Assembly (NCBI RefSeq): GCF_001194135.2
Contig: NC_068998.1
Coordinates: 12,766,279 to 12,830,278 of the forward strand
Direction of reading: 5' to 3'
Length of the DNA: 64,000 nucleotides
DNA from: Octopus bimaculoides
Lineage: Eukaryota
The notes beneath the pieces were generated by a model that saw only the letters and a program-made list of their open reading frames with translations, was not told the origin of the DNA and did not search any database. The translations under genes and the position numbers were made by a program. Shown here in pieces: positions 1 to 11,775 of this stretch; position 1 is the stretch's first letter, and the number at the start of each line of letters is the position of its first letter.

Positions 1-470
1 AAAACTTAATATTGACTACAATGAATTACTAGTGTTAATTTACAAACCATGGCTGATTGAACGAATGAGGGAGGCCACTATATGGTTGATTGACTTGTCA
101 GAAACAACAGCAATCTCTCTCAGATCACATCCTGCCATCTTTAAAGGAAGAATACATTGAATAATAGCTATAGACATACTCCTAAACAAGATGGGGCAGT
201 AATAGTTGGAATGTTTTCGATTGTTGGCCAGTTTGGTCAGGATTGATTTGGCAATAAACATCAACAATGTTTGGTTGATTATTGCATCCTATCTCTCTAT
301 TGATTCTGCCATCTATGAGTCACATTAGCTGTTTTACTCAATTATTCTATTTTCTTTATCTTCCAATCTCTGTGGCTTTGAAAAGCTATTGATATGTCCC
401 TTCAGAGTAAACTATAAAGGTCCCAAAAAGAGATCCCTAAAATAAAAATTTTAAGTTTTTAGCTTAGAGG

Positions 471-659
471 TACAGGCATGGTTATGTGGTTAGAAAGATC
501 CTTTTGCAGCCATGTGGTTTTGAGTTCAGTCCCACTGTATGGTACCTTGGGCAAGTGTTGTCTACTATAGCCTCAGGCAACAAATGCCTTGTGAATTAAT
601 GTGGTAGATGGAAATTGTGTAGAATCCCTATCTATCTGTCTGTCTATCTATCTAGCTAT

Positions 660-743
<84 letters not shown>

Positions 744-950
744 ATATGTATATGTGCGTCTTTGTGTCTATCGTCCATTGCTTGACGACTGGTGTTGGTT
801 TGTTTATGTCCCTGTAACTTAGCAGTTCATCAAAAGTGACATGCAGGATAAGTGTAAGTCCTGGGCCCAATTTGTTCAACTGAAAACCCTTGAAGGCGAT
901 GCACCAGCATGGCCACAGTCCAATGACTGAAACAAGTAAATGATAAAAGC
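471..950 (+). mobile_element. tRNA-derived SINE, family 1 (CORE-like head, internal CA microsatellite)
   Basis: Head ...gagttcagtcccactg...accttgggcaagtgt..., internal (CA)n at 661-741, tail ccagcatggccacagtc-aatgactgaaacaagtaaa. The same architecture recurs more than 12 times in the window. Confidence 0.85.
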
Positions 951-1029
951 AGATAAAAATTTATGATTTCTCTTGAGTGCATACTGTGTTAATAACAACA
1001 TTCATCATCATCTTTATCATCATATAGAT

Positions 1030-1362
1030 GCAGGCGTGGCTGTGTGACAAGAAGTTTGCTTCTCAGCCACATGGTCCTGGGTTCAATCCCACTGTGTGGC
1101 ACCATGGGCAAATGTCTTCTGCCATAGCCTCAGGCTGACCAAATACTTGTGAGTGGATTTGGTAGACAGAAACTGAAAGGAGCCTGTCATATATATATAT
1201 ATATGTATATATATANNNNNNNNNNNNNNNNNNNNNNNNNNNNNNNNNNNNNNNNNNNNNNNNNNNNNNNNNNNNNNNNNNNNNNNNNNNNNNNNNNNNN
1301 NNNNNNNNNNNNNNNNNNNNNNNNNNNNNNNNNNNNNNNNNNNNNNNNNNNNNNNNNNNNNN

Positions 1363-1393
<31 letters not shown>

Positions 1394-1595
1394 GTGGGTA
1401 TCTTTGCATCTGTATTTGTCCCCCACCACCGCTTGATGCTGGTGTGTCTATGTCACCGTAACTTAGCGGTTCAGCAAAAGAGACTGATAGAATAAGTACC
1501 AGACTTAAAAATAAAAATAAAAAGTACATTCAGCTAAAAGGTGTTGCCTCAGCATGGGCGTAGTCTAATGACTGACACAAATAAGAGATAAAAGA
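1030..1595 (+). mobile_element. SINE family 1 copy
   Basis: Same head and tail. The internal (TA)n runs into an N gap. Confidence 0.85.
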
Positions 1596-1991
1596 CACAT
1601 TTTATGTATGCTTTTCCATGCTGGCATGGCTGGGATGGATTTTCTGAGATCTGAGTGTGTTTTTTACGGTTGGATGCACTTTCTGTTGCCAACCATTTTC
1701 ATTGCTTCTCACAACATGCAGCAATGCAGTGTACCTATTTTAAAACTGTGACACACCTGGTAATGTACTATTAGCAGCATTGTTATATACTATATTTATA
1801 TACTACATAATATAATTTACATAACGTACTAATATCCTTCTTTAGTGGCCCACATAACTAAGTTGCTTAAGTAGTTACTATTAAGTGTTGTCATTGAACC
1901 CTAGGTGCCTCACATTATTTAGCAGGCCTATGATCAAAGTTACTCTGTGTTATATATTTATATATATAAGCCAATGTTAGCCTTCTTTTTT

Positions 1992-2217
1992 TAACCATGT
2001 TGATATCATATTTCTTTTGAAATACACTGCCTTTGTATCAATTAGCTTTGCAAATAAAGAATTTATTAAAACAACTTTGTCCCTATTAAGATGGTGTTTA
2101 GAACATGGATTTGCATGAAATTCTAATAGAAGGTTTTGGTTTAGAGCATTTTAAAACAAGCAGTTTGTATCATAGATCCAAGGGAAGTTTCGGGTGGTTA
2201 GGTATCTAAAGGGTTGA
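1992..2217. mobile_element. Degenerate piggyBac-type MITE remnant
   Basis: Ends ggtatctaaagggttga, resembling the CCCTT..TTAA ends seen at 4981 and 28163. A related reverse fragment lies near 10790-10900. Confidence 0.35.
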
Positions 2218-2464
2218 TGCTATTTACAAATTTGGCTATTTCTAGCAGGTCAAAAGGACCAAGTAGAGGCTCCCTTGAGGCATGAAGTTGCTAAATTAAC
2301 TATATATAACATGCCTTTCAACATATGCCCTCTACTGTATAACCTTTTCTAGTAACATATGATGTAGGTTGGTTATGGTATGTGTTTATATTTCAGGTAC
2401 ATAATGCCCAAGGATCATAGGATTATAACCTTTAGGTTGGCATGTAGTTATTTATGAAATTTTT

Positions 2465-2640
2465 TTTTGATTTTGTATCACAATTTGCGAACAACAGCAG
2501 CATTGGTTACAGGTTTGCAATGGGCTAATTGCTGGTTCACTGCATTTCTGACGGTGTGATGGTGAGAGTATTAAGGAACTATCTGTATAACTTGAGCAGG
2601 ACGAATAACTAAAAGGACTCCATTCATAGAACAACATTTT
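2465..2640. repeat. Dispersed repeat, diverged homologue of 60445-60600
   Basis: Shared blocks tcaca-tttgcgaacaa, ggtt-ca-gttt, ctggttcactgca and the following collinear sequence. Confidence 0.6.
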
Positions 2641-2906
2641 TCTCAGTTTTCTTGATAATGTTTGTACTCTACACTGATATCCATTGCTGAAGGATATTCA
2701 CACAAACACACACTAATTTTATATATANNNNNNNNNNNNNNNNNNNNNNNNNNNNNNNNNNNNNNNNNNNNNNNNNNNNNNNNNNNNNNNNNNNNNNNNN
2801 NNNNNNNNNNNNNNNNNNNNNNNNNNNNNNNNNNNNNNNNNNNNNNNNNNNNNNNNNNNNNNNNNNNNNNNNNNNNNNNNNNNNNNNNNNNNNNNNNNNN
2901 NNNNNN

Positions 2907-3243
2907 NGGGCAAGTGTCTTCTACTATAGCTTCGGGCCGACCAAAGCCTTGTGAGTGGATTTGGTAGACAGAAACTGAAAGAAGCCCGTCGTATATATGT
3001 ATATATATATATATGTATGTGTGTGTATATGTTTGTGTGTCTGTGTTTGTCCCCCAACATCGCTTGACAACCGATGCTGGTGTGTCTACGTCCCCGTAAC
3101 TTAGCGGTTCGGCAAAAGAGACTGATAGAATAGGTACTAGGCATCCAAAGAATAAGTCCTGGGGTCGATTTGCTTGACTAAAAGGTGGTGCTCCAGCATG
3201 GCCACAGTCAAATGACTGAAACAAGTAAAAGAGAGTAAAAGAG
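2907..3243 (+). mobile_element. SINE family 1 copy (5' part in gap)
   Basis: gggcaagtgtcttctactatagc...gactgaaacaagtaaaagagag. Confidence 0.85.
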
Positions 3244-3687
3244 TATATATATAAAATCGTTGTTTCACACCTGTTTTCTCTCATCTTCCTCTATCAACTG
3301 TATAATTATCATTACCATGCTGCACTTTACTCTTTCTGTACTGCCAGCCATCACCTCCTCATCCTTTGCAACAACTCCTGTTTACCATCAACCAACCCTC
3401 CACTTTAGTTCATTGCATTCACCCTTATCATCTACTTCCAGCTCTAGCCATCTCCCACTTTTCCCCACACACTCTTGCAGTGAGTCCTCGATGGAGTTTT
3501 TATGTGGTTGCTTGATCTGCTAGAAACAACAACCAAATCTTCCTCAAACCACACCCTGCTATCTTTAAAAAAAAAAAAAAAGGACATGTTGTTCTGTGTA
3601 ACTCTGGGCTCTTTTGAACCTTGTAGAGCTGTAATTAGAACAAACCTCAGGAAGCTTAGTGAAATTAATTTCAATATATATATATAT

Positions 3688-3865
3688 AGGCGCAGGAGTG
3701 ACTGTGTGGTAAGTAGCTTGCTTACCAACCACATGGTTCTGGGTTCAGTCTCACTGCGTGGCATCTTGGGCAAATGTCCTCTACTATAGCCTCGGGCCGA
3801 CCAAAGCCTTGTGAGTGGATTTAGTACACGGAAACTGAAAGAAGCCCGTCGTATATATGTATGAT

Positions 3866-3906
<41 letters not shown>

Positions 3907-4375
3907 NNNNNNNNNNNNNNNNNNNNNNNNNNNNNNNNNNNNNNNNNNNNNNNNNNNNNNNNNNNNNNNNNNNNNNNNNNNNNNNNNNNNNNNNNNNNNN
4001 NNNNNNNNNNNNNNNNNNNNNNNNNNNNNNNNNNNNNNNNNNNNNNNNNNNNNNNNNNNNNNNNNNNNNNNNNNNNNNNNNNNNNNNNNNNNNNNNNNNN
4101 NNNNNNNNNNNNNNNNNNNNNNNNNNNNNNNNNNNNNNNNNNNNNNNNNNNNNNNNNNNNNNNNNNNNNNGTGTGTCTGTGTTTGTCCCCCTAGCATTGC
4201 TTGACAAACAATGCTGGTGTGTTTATGTCCCCTGTAACTTAGCGGTTCGGCAAAAGAGATCGATAGAATAAGTACTAGGCTTACAAAGAATAAGTCCTGG
4301 GGTCGATTTGCTCGACTAAAAGCGGTGCTCCAGCATGGCCACAGTCAAATGACTGAAACAAGTAAAAGAGTAAAA
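3688..4375 (+). mobile_element. SINE family 1 copy
   Basis: Full head and tail, with (GT)n plus a gap at the internal site. Confidence 0.85.
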
Positions 4376-4980
4376 TATATATATTAAATCATTCCATTCT
4401 GTGTAAATCCTCACAATTTATATATGTCTTTGTATCATCCCCTCCTCATCATTTGTCCTGGTGGTAAGTAAAGGAAATATTCATCATCATCATCATCATC
4501 ATCATCAGCATCATCAACCACCACCCTCATGATCATCATGCATTTGTGCTCCGTGCCAGCATGGGGTGGATGGATCGATAAGGATCCAATCAGTCGGGGA
4601 CTGCATTGTACTCATGTTTTACCTTCAGCTCACTGACATAATGAGTAATTTTATGAATAATGGTACTTTGGAGTATTCATAACACTAACCACACTAACAA
4701 GAAAATAAAACAGTAAGTAATTTGATCAAGAAAAATCCAGTTATACAGTGTATGCGAAAAAGACAGGATGGTTATGGCTGGAATGGTTTTGATTAGTTAC
4801 CTACTTCATCTAGGCTGACCTGGGGCTATACAATAACATGTCCAATTCATAAAGCAAATGAGGAAGAGCTTTATATCTGCTAGAAATTGAAGCAAAATCT
4901 TAGTCAGATCTCACTGTACCATCTTAAATCAAGAAAGACATTGGGTAATATAATGCTAGATATAGATATAGTATGTTTAA

Positions 4981-5200
4981 CCCTTTCCTTACCGTATTTA
5001 TTTTGAGATGCTCTGTGTTTCTTTGAATTACTTTAAATATAACAAAGAATTTAGTAAACTAACTTAGTTATCATTCAGCTAGTGTTAGGAACATAAATTA
5101 TGACGAAGGTTTGGTAGAAGATTTTAATTCAAAACTTATAAAAACAAGACATTTGTACTCAGAGCCAGAGCCGGTTTCAGCCGGGTTGGTAACGAAAGGG
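4981..5200. mobile_element. piggyBac-type MITE
   Basis: TIRs CCCTTTCCTTACC / GGTAACGAAAGGG (12/13 match), flanked by TTAA at 4977-4980 and 5201-5204. Confidence 0.8.
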
Positions 5201-5709
5201 TTAAGATCCTGAAATGGGATGATCATGGCTGGAATGTCTCTGATCAGATGTTTGCTCAAGCAGAGCAGATCTGAGGCTGTGCAGTAACATATCCAACTCA
5301 TACTAGTGTGGATAAAAGTTGCCTTAAAAATGAAATACAATTTTAAATAATTAAATCATTTATTGATTATTAAATATTAAAATCTCAGCTACATGACAAA
5401 CCCTGACTCAATTAGTTTTCATTTTCATTAAACTCATTAATTTCAATCAGTTTACATTTAGCCAGAGAGACCATTCTGACATCTTTGGCAATGCTTCTCC
5501 TGACTTTCTTGTATTCTTAGTTATCTCTCATCAACTCTGTATCTTAAAATATTATATTATAGAGAATAATCAAATAAGGAAATTAAGTTCTTACTAAAAA
5601 GCTAACATTATTTATTTGTATATTTTTACAATTATATTTTTATATCCGCTGAGAAAACGGATTTCTCTGCGGCATATATTTAGAACTTTGAGCAAACAGA
5701 AAGTCCGAT

Positions 5710-5772
5710 ATGGCTGCCACTTCGTCTGAACAGAGAACACTCACAACTTCTGTACAAAATGATAACAATCAG
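5710..5772 (+). CDS. Possible first coding exon (MAATSSEQRTLTTSVQNDNNQ)
   Basis: Locally CpG-rich patch at 5645-5730, ATG GCT GCC start, CAG|GTGTTG donor in phase 0. The link to downstream exons is unproven. Confidence 0.35.
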
Positions 5773-6419
5773 GTGTTGGCTGTTATTCAAGGTTGTCAGA
5801 TGCAATAGAGGTTATATCTATTTGTAGCCTGATGGGTTTTTTTTTTTAAATTTTCTTGCTGAGGAACTGAAAAGCTCCCTCCTTTACAACTTAACCATTC
5901 ATACCTGTTCAGTAAGCCATGCAATTTTCCTCAGGACCAGAGAGAGAGAGAGAGAGAGAGTCTAGTACTTGGTGCAATTAGCTTTTACATATTTTGCCTT
6001 TGTATGAATGCACTGAAGTAACTTGATTTAAAACAAAATAGGTGAACACAATGCACTTCTCTGTTTTAGCATCTAGTTTCAATTATGAGTTTGTGTTTTT
6101 TTTTTTTTGTCACTATGTCAGTTTATACAATTGTTTCTTTTTTTTTTTTGTTGGAGGACTTGAATAAACACACAAAATATCAAAATTTGCACAAGTCCCC
6201 AGAACAGATATATATACTCAGAGACATAGACAACATCATAGAAACACAACTACAAGAGTCTAAATTTGAAGTTGCATGGAGATGAATCAAGCTGTTTTAT
6301 ATATCAGTATATATGTAACTCCTACTGAAAGTGTTGAGCGTCTCTGTCTTTCGCTTGTCCACCCTTTCAGAAATAGCTGCTATGTCAGAAGAAGAGCAAT
6401 TATTACATTTAGAAGAGCC

Positions 6420-6492
6420 GCCCGCATAGCTCAGTCGGTAGAGCATCAAACTTTTAATCTGAGGGTCGTGGGTTCATGTCCCTCTGCGGGCG
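6420..6492 (+). tRNA. tRNA-Lys(UUU), variant or possible pseudogene
   Basis: 73 nt. Perfect acceptor stem GCCCGCA/TGCGGGC, D arm GCTC/GAGC, anticodon loop CTTTTAA, T4 run at 6507-6510. Deviations: A30:C40 mismatch, T50:T64 mismatch, T at invariant A58. Confidence 0.9.
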
Positions 6493-6516
6493 ATGCAATA
6501 CTTTACTTTTCTACAC

Positions 6517-6681
6517 TCTGTGAGTGGTTGGCGTTAGGAAGGGCATCCAGCTGTAGAAACTCTACCAAATTAGATTGGAGCCTGGTGTTGCCATCCGGTT
6601 TCACCAGTCCTCAGTCAAATCGTCCAACCCATGCTAGCATGGAAAGCGGACGTTAAACGATGATGATGATGATGATGATGA
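6517..6681 (+). mobile_element. SINE family 2, 3' part with (GAT)n tail
   Basis: ggaagggcatccagctgtagaaactc...catgctagcatggaaagcggacgttaaacgatgatg. The family recurs at 8041, 11515, 22520, 38963 and 44658. Confidence 0.85.
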
Positions 6682-8040
6682 TTGAGTCCATCTATACTGT
6701 CTCTGCTGAATCTGTGGCCTTTAGAAATAGATAGGGCAGTCAAGGAGTGCTGTTGCTACACTGCAACCTGTACAATTCATCACTGCATGTTGGATTGTGC
6801 AGTATGGCTCTTAGTTTGGCAGAAGCAGAAAAAAAACAGGTCTGTGGACCATGCCTAATCGTTTGGTTGACTGACTGCCATAAGTTCACTCAATCAGATC
6901 TGTTCTCAGCGAGGAAAACTCCAGATATTTTACACCTGAACGAACATTATATAAAACAATTAAGTTACTACTTTGTTATGAAGTAGTTAATCTGAATTTA
7001 ACCAATATCTCATAATACATAAACAGAATTCATATAACGATTGGCTTGTAAACAACAGAATATATTGCATTATATATCCTGTGGCAAAATAAAAATCACA
7101 ATAATTCACAAGAAGAGTGTGTAAATAAGAAAAGTTTTAGTGTAGTCATGTTAGGAAGACAGCAACATATATTGTTTTTCATCAGTTAGTTATGCTTGTT
7201 TNNNNNNNNNNNNNNNNNNNNNNNNNNNNNNNNNNNNNNNNNNNNNNNNNNNNNNNNNNNNNNNNNNNNNNNNNNNNNNNNNNNNNNNNNNNNNNNNNNN
7301 NNNNNNNNNNNNNNNNNNNNNNNNNNNNNNNNNNNNNNNNNNNNNNNNNNNNNNNNNNNNNNNNNNNNNNNNNNNNNNNNNNNNNNNNNNNNNNNNNNNN
7401 NNNNNNNNNNNNNNNNNNNNNNNNNNNNNNNNNNNNNNNNNNNNNNNNNNNNNNNNNNNNNNNNNNNNNNNNNNNNNNNNNNNNNNNNNNNNNNNNNNNN
7501 NNNNNNNNNNNNNNNNNNNNNNNNNNNNNNNNNNNNNNNNNNNNNNNNNNNNNNNNNNNNNNNNNNNNNNNNNNNNNNNNNNNNNNNNNNNNNNNNNNNN
7601 NNNNNNNNNNNNNNNNNNNNNNNNNNNNNNNNNNNNNNNNNNNNNNNNNNNNNNNNNNNNNNNNNNNNNNNNNNNNNNNNNNNNNNNNNNNNNNNNNNNN
7701 NNNNNNNNNNNNNNNNNNNNNNNNNNNNNNNNNNNNNNNNNNNNNNNNNNNNNNNNNNNNNNNNNNNNNNNNNNNNNNNNNNNNNNNNNNNNNNNNNNNN
7801 NNNNNNNNNNNNNNNNNNNNNNNNNNNNNNNNNNNNNNNNNNNNNNNNNNNNNNNNNNNNNNNNNNNNNNNNNNNNNNNNNNNNNNNNNNNNNNNNNNNN
7901 NNNNNNNNNNNNNNNNNNNNNNNNNNNNNNNNNNNNNNNNNNNNNNNNNNNNNNNNNNNNNNNNNNNNNNNNNNNNNNNNNNNNNNNNNNNNNNNNNNNN
8001 NNNNNNNNNNNNNNNNNNNNNNNNNNNNNNNNNNNNNNNN

Positions 8041-8100
<60 letters not shown>

Positions 8101-8212
8101 TTAACGTCCGCCTTCCATGCTAGCATGGGTTGGACGACTTGACTGAGGACTGGTGAAACCGGATGGCAACACCAGGCTCCAATCTAAATTTGGCAGAGTT
8201 TCTACAGCTGGA
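8041..8212 (-). mobile_element. SINE family 2, 3' part, inverted relative to the 6517 copy
   Basis: About 4 differences over about 113 nt versus the reverse complement of the 6.5 kb copy. Confidence 0.85.
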
Positions 8213-8552
8213 TATATATATATATATACATGCATGCATACATACATACATACATACATACATACATACTCGTATGTATGCATGAATGATGCCTGATGCA
8301 ATCATGCGTGCATGAATGAATGTAGTTGGTGATTCTGTTAGAAATCGAAGAAACTCTGATGAAAGTACAGTACTCAATATATCAAGTAAAGAGCATAGTA
8401 ATTTATTTAATCACGAGTGACTCTTACAGGATTAGTTCTATCGCATTCATGGAGAAATTGCCTCTGTGTGTGTGTGTGAATGTGTGTGTGTGTATAAACA
8501 AACAAATATAGCATCACCATTACCATCATTATCATTACCATCATTATCATCA

Positions 8553-8730
8553 AGATGGTAGGCTGGCAGAATCATTAGCACACTGGACGAAATGCTGCGA
8601 AGCGTTTCATCTGTCTCTATGTTCTGAGTTCAAATTCCATCAAGATCGACTTTGCCTTTTTTTCCTTTGTGGGTTGATAAGATAAATACCAGTTGATCAC
8701 TGGGGTTGATGCAATCACTTCCACCCCTGA
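8553..8730 (+). mobile_element. SINE family 3 (aaggcggcgagctggcagaatc head)
   Basis: tRNA-like head with gagttcaaattc B-box. The family recurs at 13367, 14746, 14977, 18990 (-) and 34234. Confidence 0.8.
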
Positions 8731-8979
8731 AAGTCTTTATACATGTGTGTGTGTGTGTGTGTGTGTTCATTTGTATATATGTATATACACACAGTTACAC
8801 ATGTATATATGCACATTCATACGTGTATATGTACTTATACATGCATGCATACTTGCATATGTATGTGTGTGTGTGTGTACATATGCACACATACTTACAG
8901 GTGTGTGTGTATGTGTATGCATCCACACATATATATGCTTATACATATGTGTACATATACACATATTTACAAAGGCATG

Positions 8980-9040
<61 letters not shown>

Positions 9041-9409
9041 CACACACACACACACACTCATACACACATGCTCATTTATAGAGGTTCTCTAAACTTAAGA
9101 CTGCACAAACTGCAAGTGAAATTAATAAAAGCAAATATTAATGGAATGCATTATTTTTCAATATTTTTGCTCTCTCTCTCTATATATATATTTATATATT
9201 TATATACATATATATATTTATATACATATATATATTGTATTTATTTTGTTTTATATTTACTCTGATTTTAGAATCACCATTATTTCGGCGCATAGCTTCT
9301 TCTTTCTTTCTGATTGCAAAATATCAATCTTCTTGATTACATTTGTGTACTTCACCTTTATCATGGAATATAAATTGAATGTGGCTACGCGAGAACGTAA
9401 AAGTTAAAG

Positions 9410-9450
9410 GCGAACAGACATAAAGCCTGGTCACATTTGCTATATGTCAA
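9410..9450 (+). CDS. Candidate exon end (ANRHKAWSHLLYV-K), 5' boundary uncertain
   Basis: Donor AA|GTATTT in phase 2 matches the next exon. The frame is open only from 9401, and the acceptor context is purine-rich. Confidence 0.3.
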
Positions 9451-9733
9451 GTATTTTTTTAATTTTTTTTTTTCTGATTTTTGTAGTCTTTTAAATTTTG
9501 CTATTTTTTTCTTGAACTTTAATGCTTTTCAACTTTATATAACTTAATATAACTGATAGGTTGCATGAGATGATAGATCAATATAACATTATATTGAATT
9601 TACGTGTGAAGCTTGTTTGAACTGCTGATGGAAACTAGATCTCTGTAACTATTGTTGGTAATTATTATTATTATCATTATTATTATCATTATTATTATTA
9701 GTTTGTTATTGCTCATGTTCTTTTATTTTACAG

Positions 9734-9784
9734 GCCGGACTGTTGGCTCTCTCCATATAAGTCAGTCAATTACGACTATTCTAT
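9734..9784 (+). CDS. Exon A: PDCWLSPYKSVNYDYS
   Basis: ttttattttacag acceptor, GTTAGT donor, 51 nt, phase 2 to 2. Confidence 0.6.
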
Positions 9785-11514
9785 GTTAGTATATACAATT
9801 GAGAACTAGTTGCCTGCTTATAAGAGCACGAACGGTTTTAATTCTAAAGGTGGTGACTGTCATTGATTTAGGCATTCATTTGGCTCATTCACATCATAAT
9901 GTGGTTAAGAGCTGAGTGGGTTGGGGGGTGTTTGGAGTAGTGATGTTGTTGTTGCCTTGCTGCTTAGATCCAGGTAAATGTTTTGGTAAACATTGCTCGA
10001 TCAAGCATGTGATCAAGGCTGTGACCAATGGCAGTCTTGTCATGACCATAATGTGTTTTTATAGATGCATTAGAGTACATCTAATGCAGCAGTTCTCACA
10101 GTTCTCAAAGTGACAAACATCAGAACCTCCCCCCCCCCACTTCATTAGTCATTACCACTCTCTTTCTTAATTGCCTCTAATTGAAGTACAAGGTCAGTAG
10201 TTTTGAGTTGAAGGTGTCAGGTGATTACCTGAATCACAATACTTGATCCATAGTTTATTTTATCAACTCTTGACAGATGAAAGGCCAAAGTTGACCTCAG
10301 CAGGATTTGAACTCAGAATGTAGACAGCTGATGCTCTCATGATTCTACCAATCCATCACTTTGCACCATCTCTTTGCTGCAAAGGAATACACATGCAAGA
10401 GTCACATTGTTCCCATAGCATTTCTGTTTTAGCATTCTGCCAGTATTTAACTAATATTTTCCCACCCATCTTGGTTTTGGGGTTTCTTTATGCATTTCAA
10501 TGTTTTCACCCTTGTCTACATCTCAGTATCATTGAGTCACTTTCTCCTTGGTTACCCTCTTCTCTTTTTACTTTTTAATATTTTCTAAACACCCTGTGTT
10601 TGCATGTGACCCCCACTCAGTCTACTGAATTCTTTCATTTTCCTTCATTGTGTAGGTTTTATTATTAATCTTTATTCTTCTCAGTTAACACATCCTTTTC
10701 AATACTAGATTGACTAAGACAGTCATTGATTATTTAATACAAACTTCCTGCATTAAAGAGATCTAAATTAAAACCTTCATTCAAAATTTCATATTAATTT
10801 GTTTCAAACACCAGCTTTATAATGACAAAATTATTTTCCTAATTTTTTTTCATTATTTTCAAAATTTATTGAAACAGAAGTAGTGTATTTCAACAGAAAT
10901 ATAACAAAATATAACAAAAATAATTGAGCTATTGTAAATCCAACTAACTTGCTCAGTAATCCTTCCATTAAGTTTTCTAAATATCCTGGTATTTTCTGAT
11001 CGCACTCAAAAACTCATTGTGTTCTCGCAGTATGCAGCACTCAAGTATGCTGTAGAGCGTCTGAATTAGAGGATATAAACTATTTATTCTTTGACCCCAC
11101 AGCCAGCCTTGGCCTTGTTATCGTTGTGTTTTGCCCCCAAATAAGCTCTGATTGAGTAGATCTATAATCAAAGGTGTTCCAACAATGAGCATCTTGTCTT
11201 ATTGTATTATCCATGATTACATTGTCTGACGTGTCCTTTATTTATGATGGTAGGGTATGATTTGAAAGAGATTTGGCTGCTATTTCTGGGAGGCCAAGTG
11301 ACTTTTTATAAGCACCCTCGTTGGTTTAACGGCTCAAATTATTTTGGTTTTGGGATATGTATCTATTCTATCTTGTTATCAATGAAATAAACTTGCAAGT
11401 CAAATACTGGGTTAATTTACTCATGCAAGATGACAAAGTACTGAGATATCCAGTGCTTTGCTGTACTAACAGCAGAAATGTTAAGGCCATTTCTCCCTTG
11501 TGAAGAGGATTGGC

Positions 11515-11775
11515 CCGCAAGAGTCATGTGCCAGTGCCACGTAAAAAGCACCCATGCTGGTGCCATGTAAAAGCACTCATGCAGTGCCTCGTTAAAAGCA
11601 CCCAGCGCACACTCTAATGTAGTTGGCATTAGGAAGGGCATCCAGCCATAGAACCATAGAAACCAAGCCAAATCAAAGTAGAACTTAGTGCAGCCCTCTA
11701 GTTCTCTGGTCAAACTGTCTAACCCATGCCAGCATGGAAAATGGATGTTAAAGGACGATGATAATGATGATGATA
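11515..11775 (+). mobile_element. SINE family 2, diverged copy
   Basis: ggcattaggaagggcatccagcc...catgccagcatggaaaatggatgttaa-gatgat. Confidence 0.7.

Noticed and set aside
40-267. 75-aa minus-strand ORF in unique sequence
   Set aside because: The length is expected by chance in 64 kb, with no recognisable motif or splice context.
6886-6935. Minus-strand terminal-exon candidate GVKYLEFSSLRTDLIE*
   Set aside because: No chain of upstream minus-strand exons was found.
8310-8377. Minus-strand EFLRFLTESPTTFIHA resembling the M18 aspartyl aminopeptidase N-terminal motif (FL..SPTPFHA)
   Set aside because: It has an extra residue, runs into a microsatellite, and no other M18 exons were found.
11031-11069. 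Apparent terminal exon YAALKYAVERLN*
   Set aside because: Its phase does not fit exon A, it is very short, and there is no other support.
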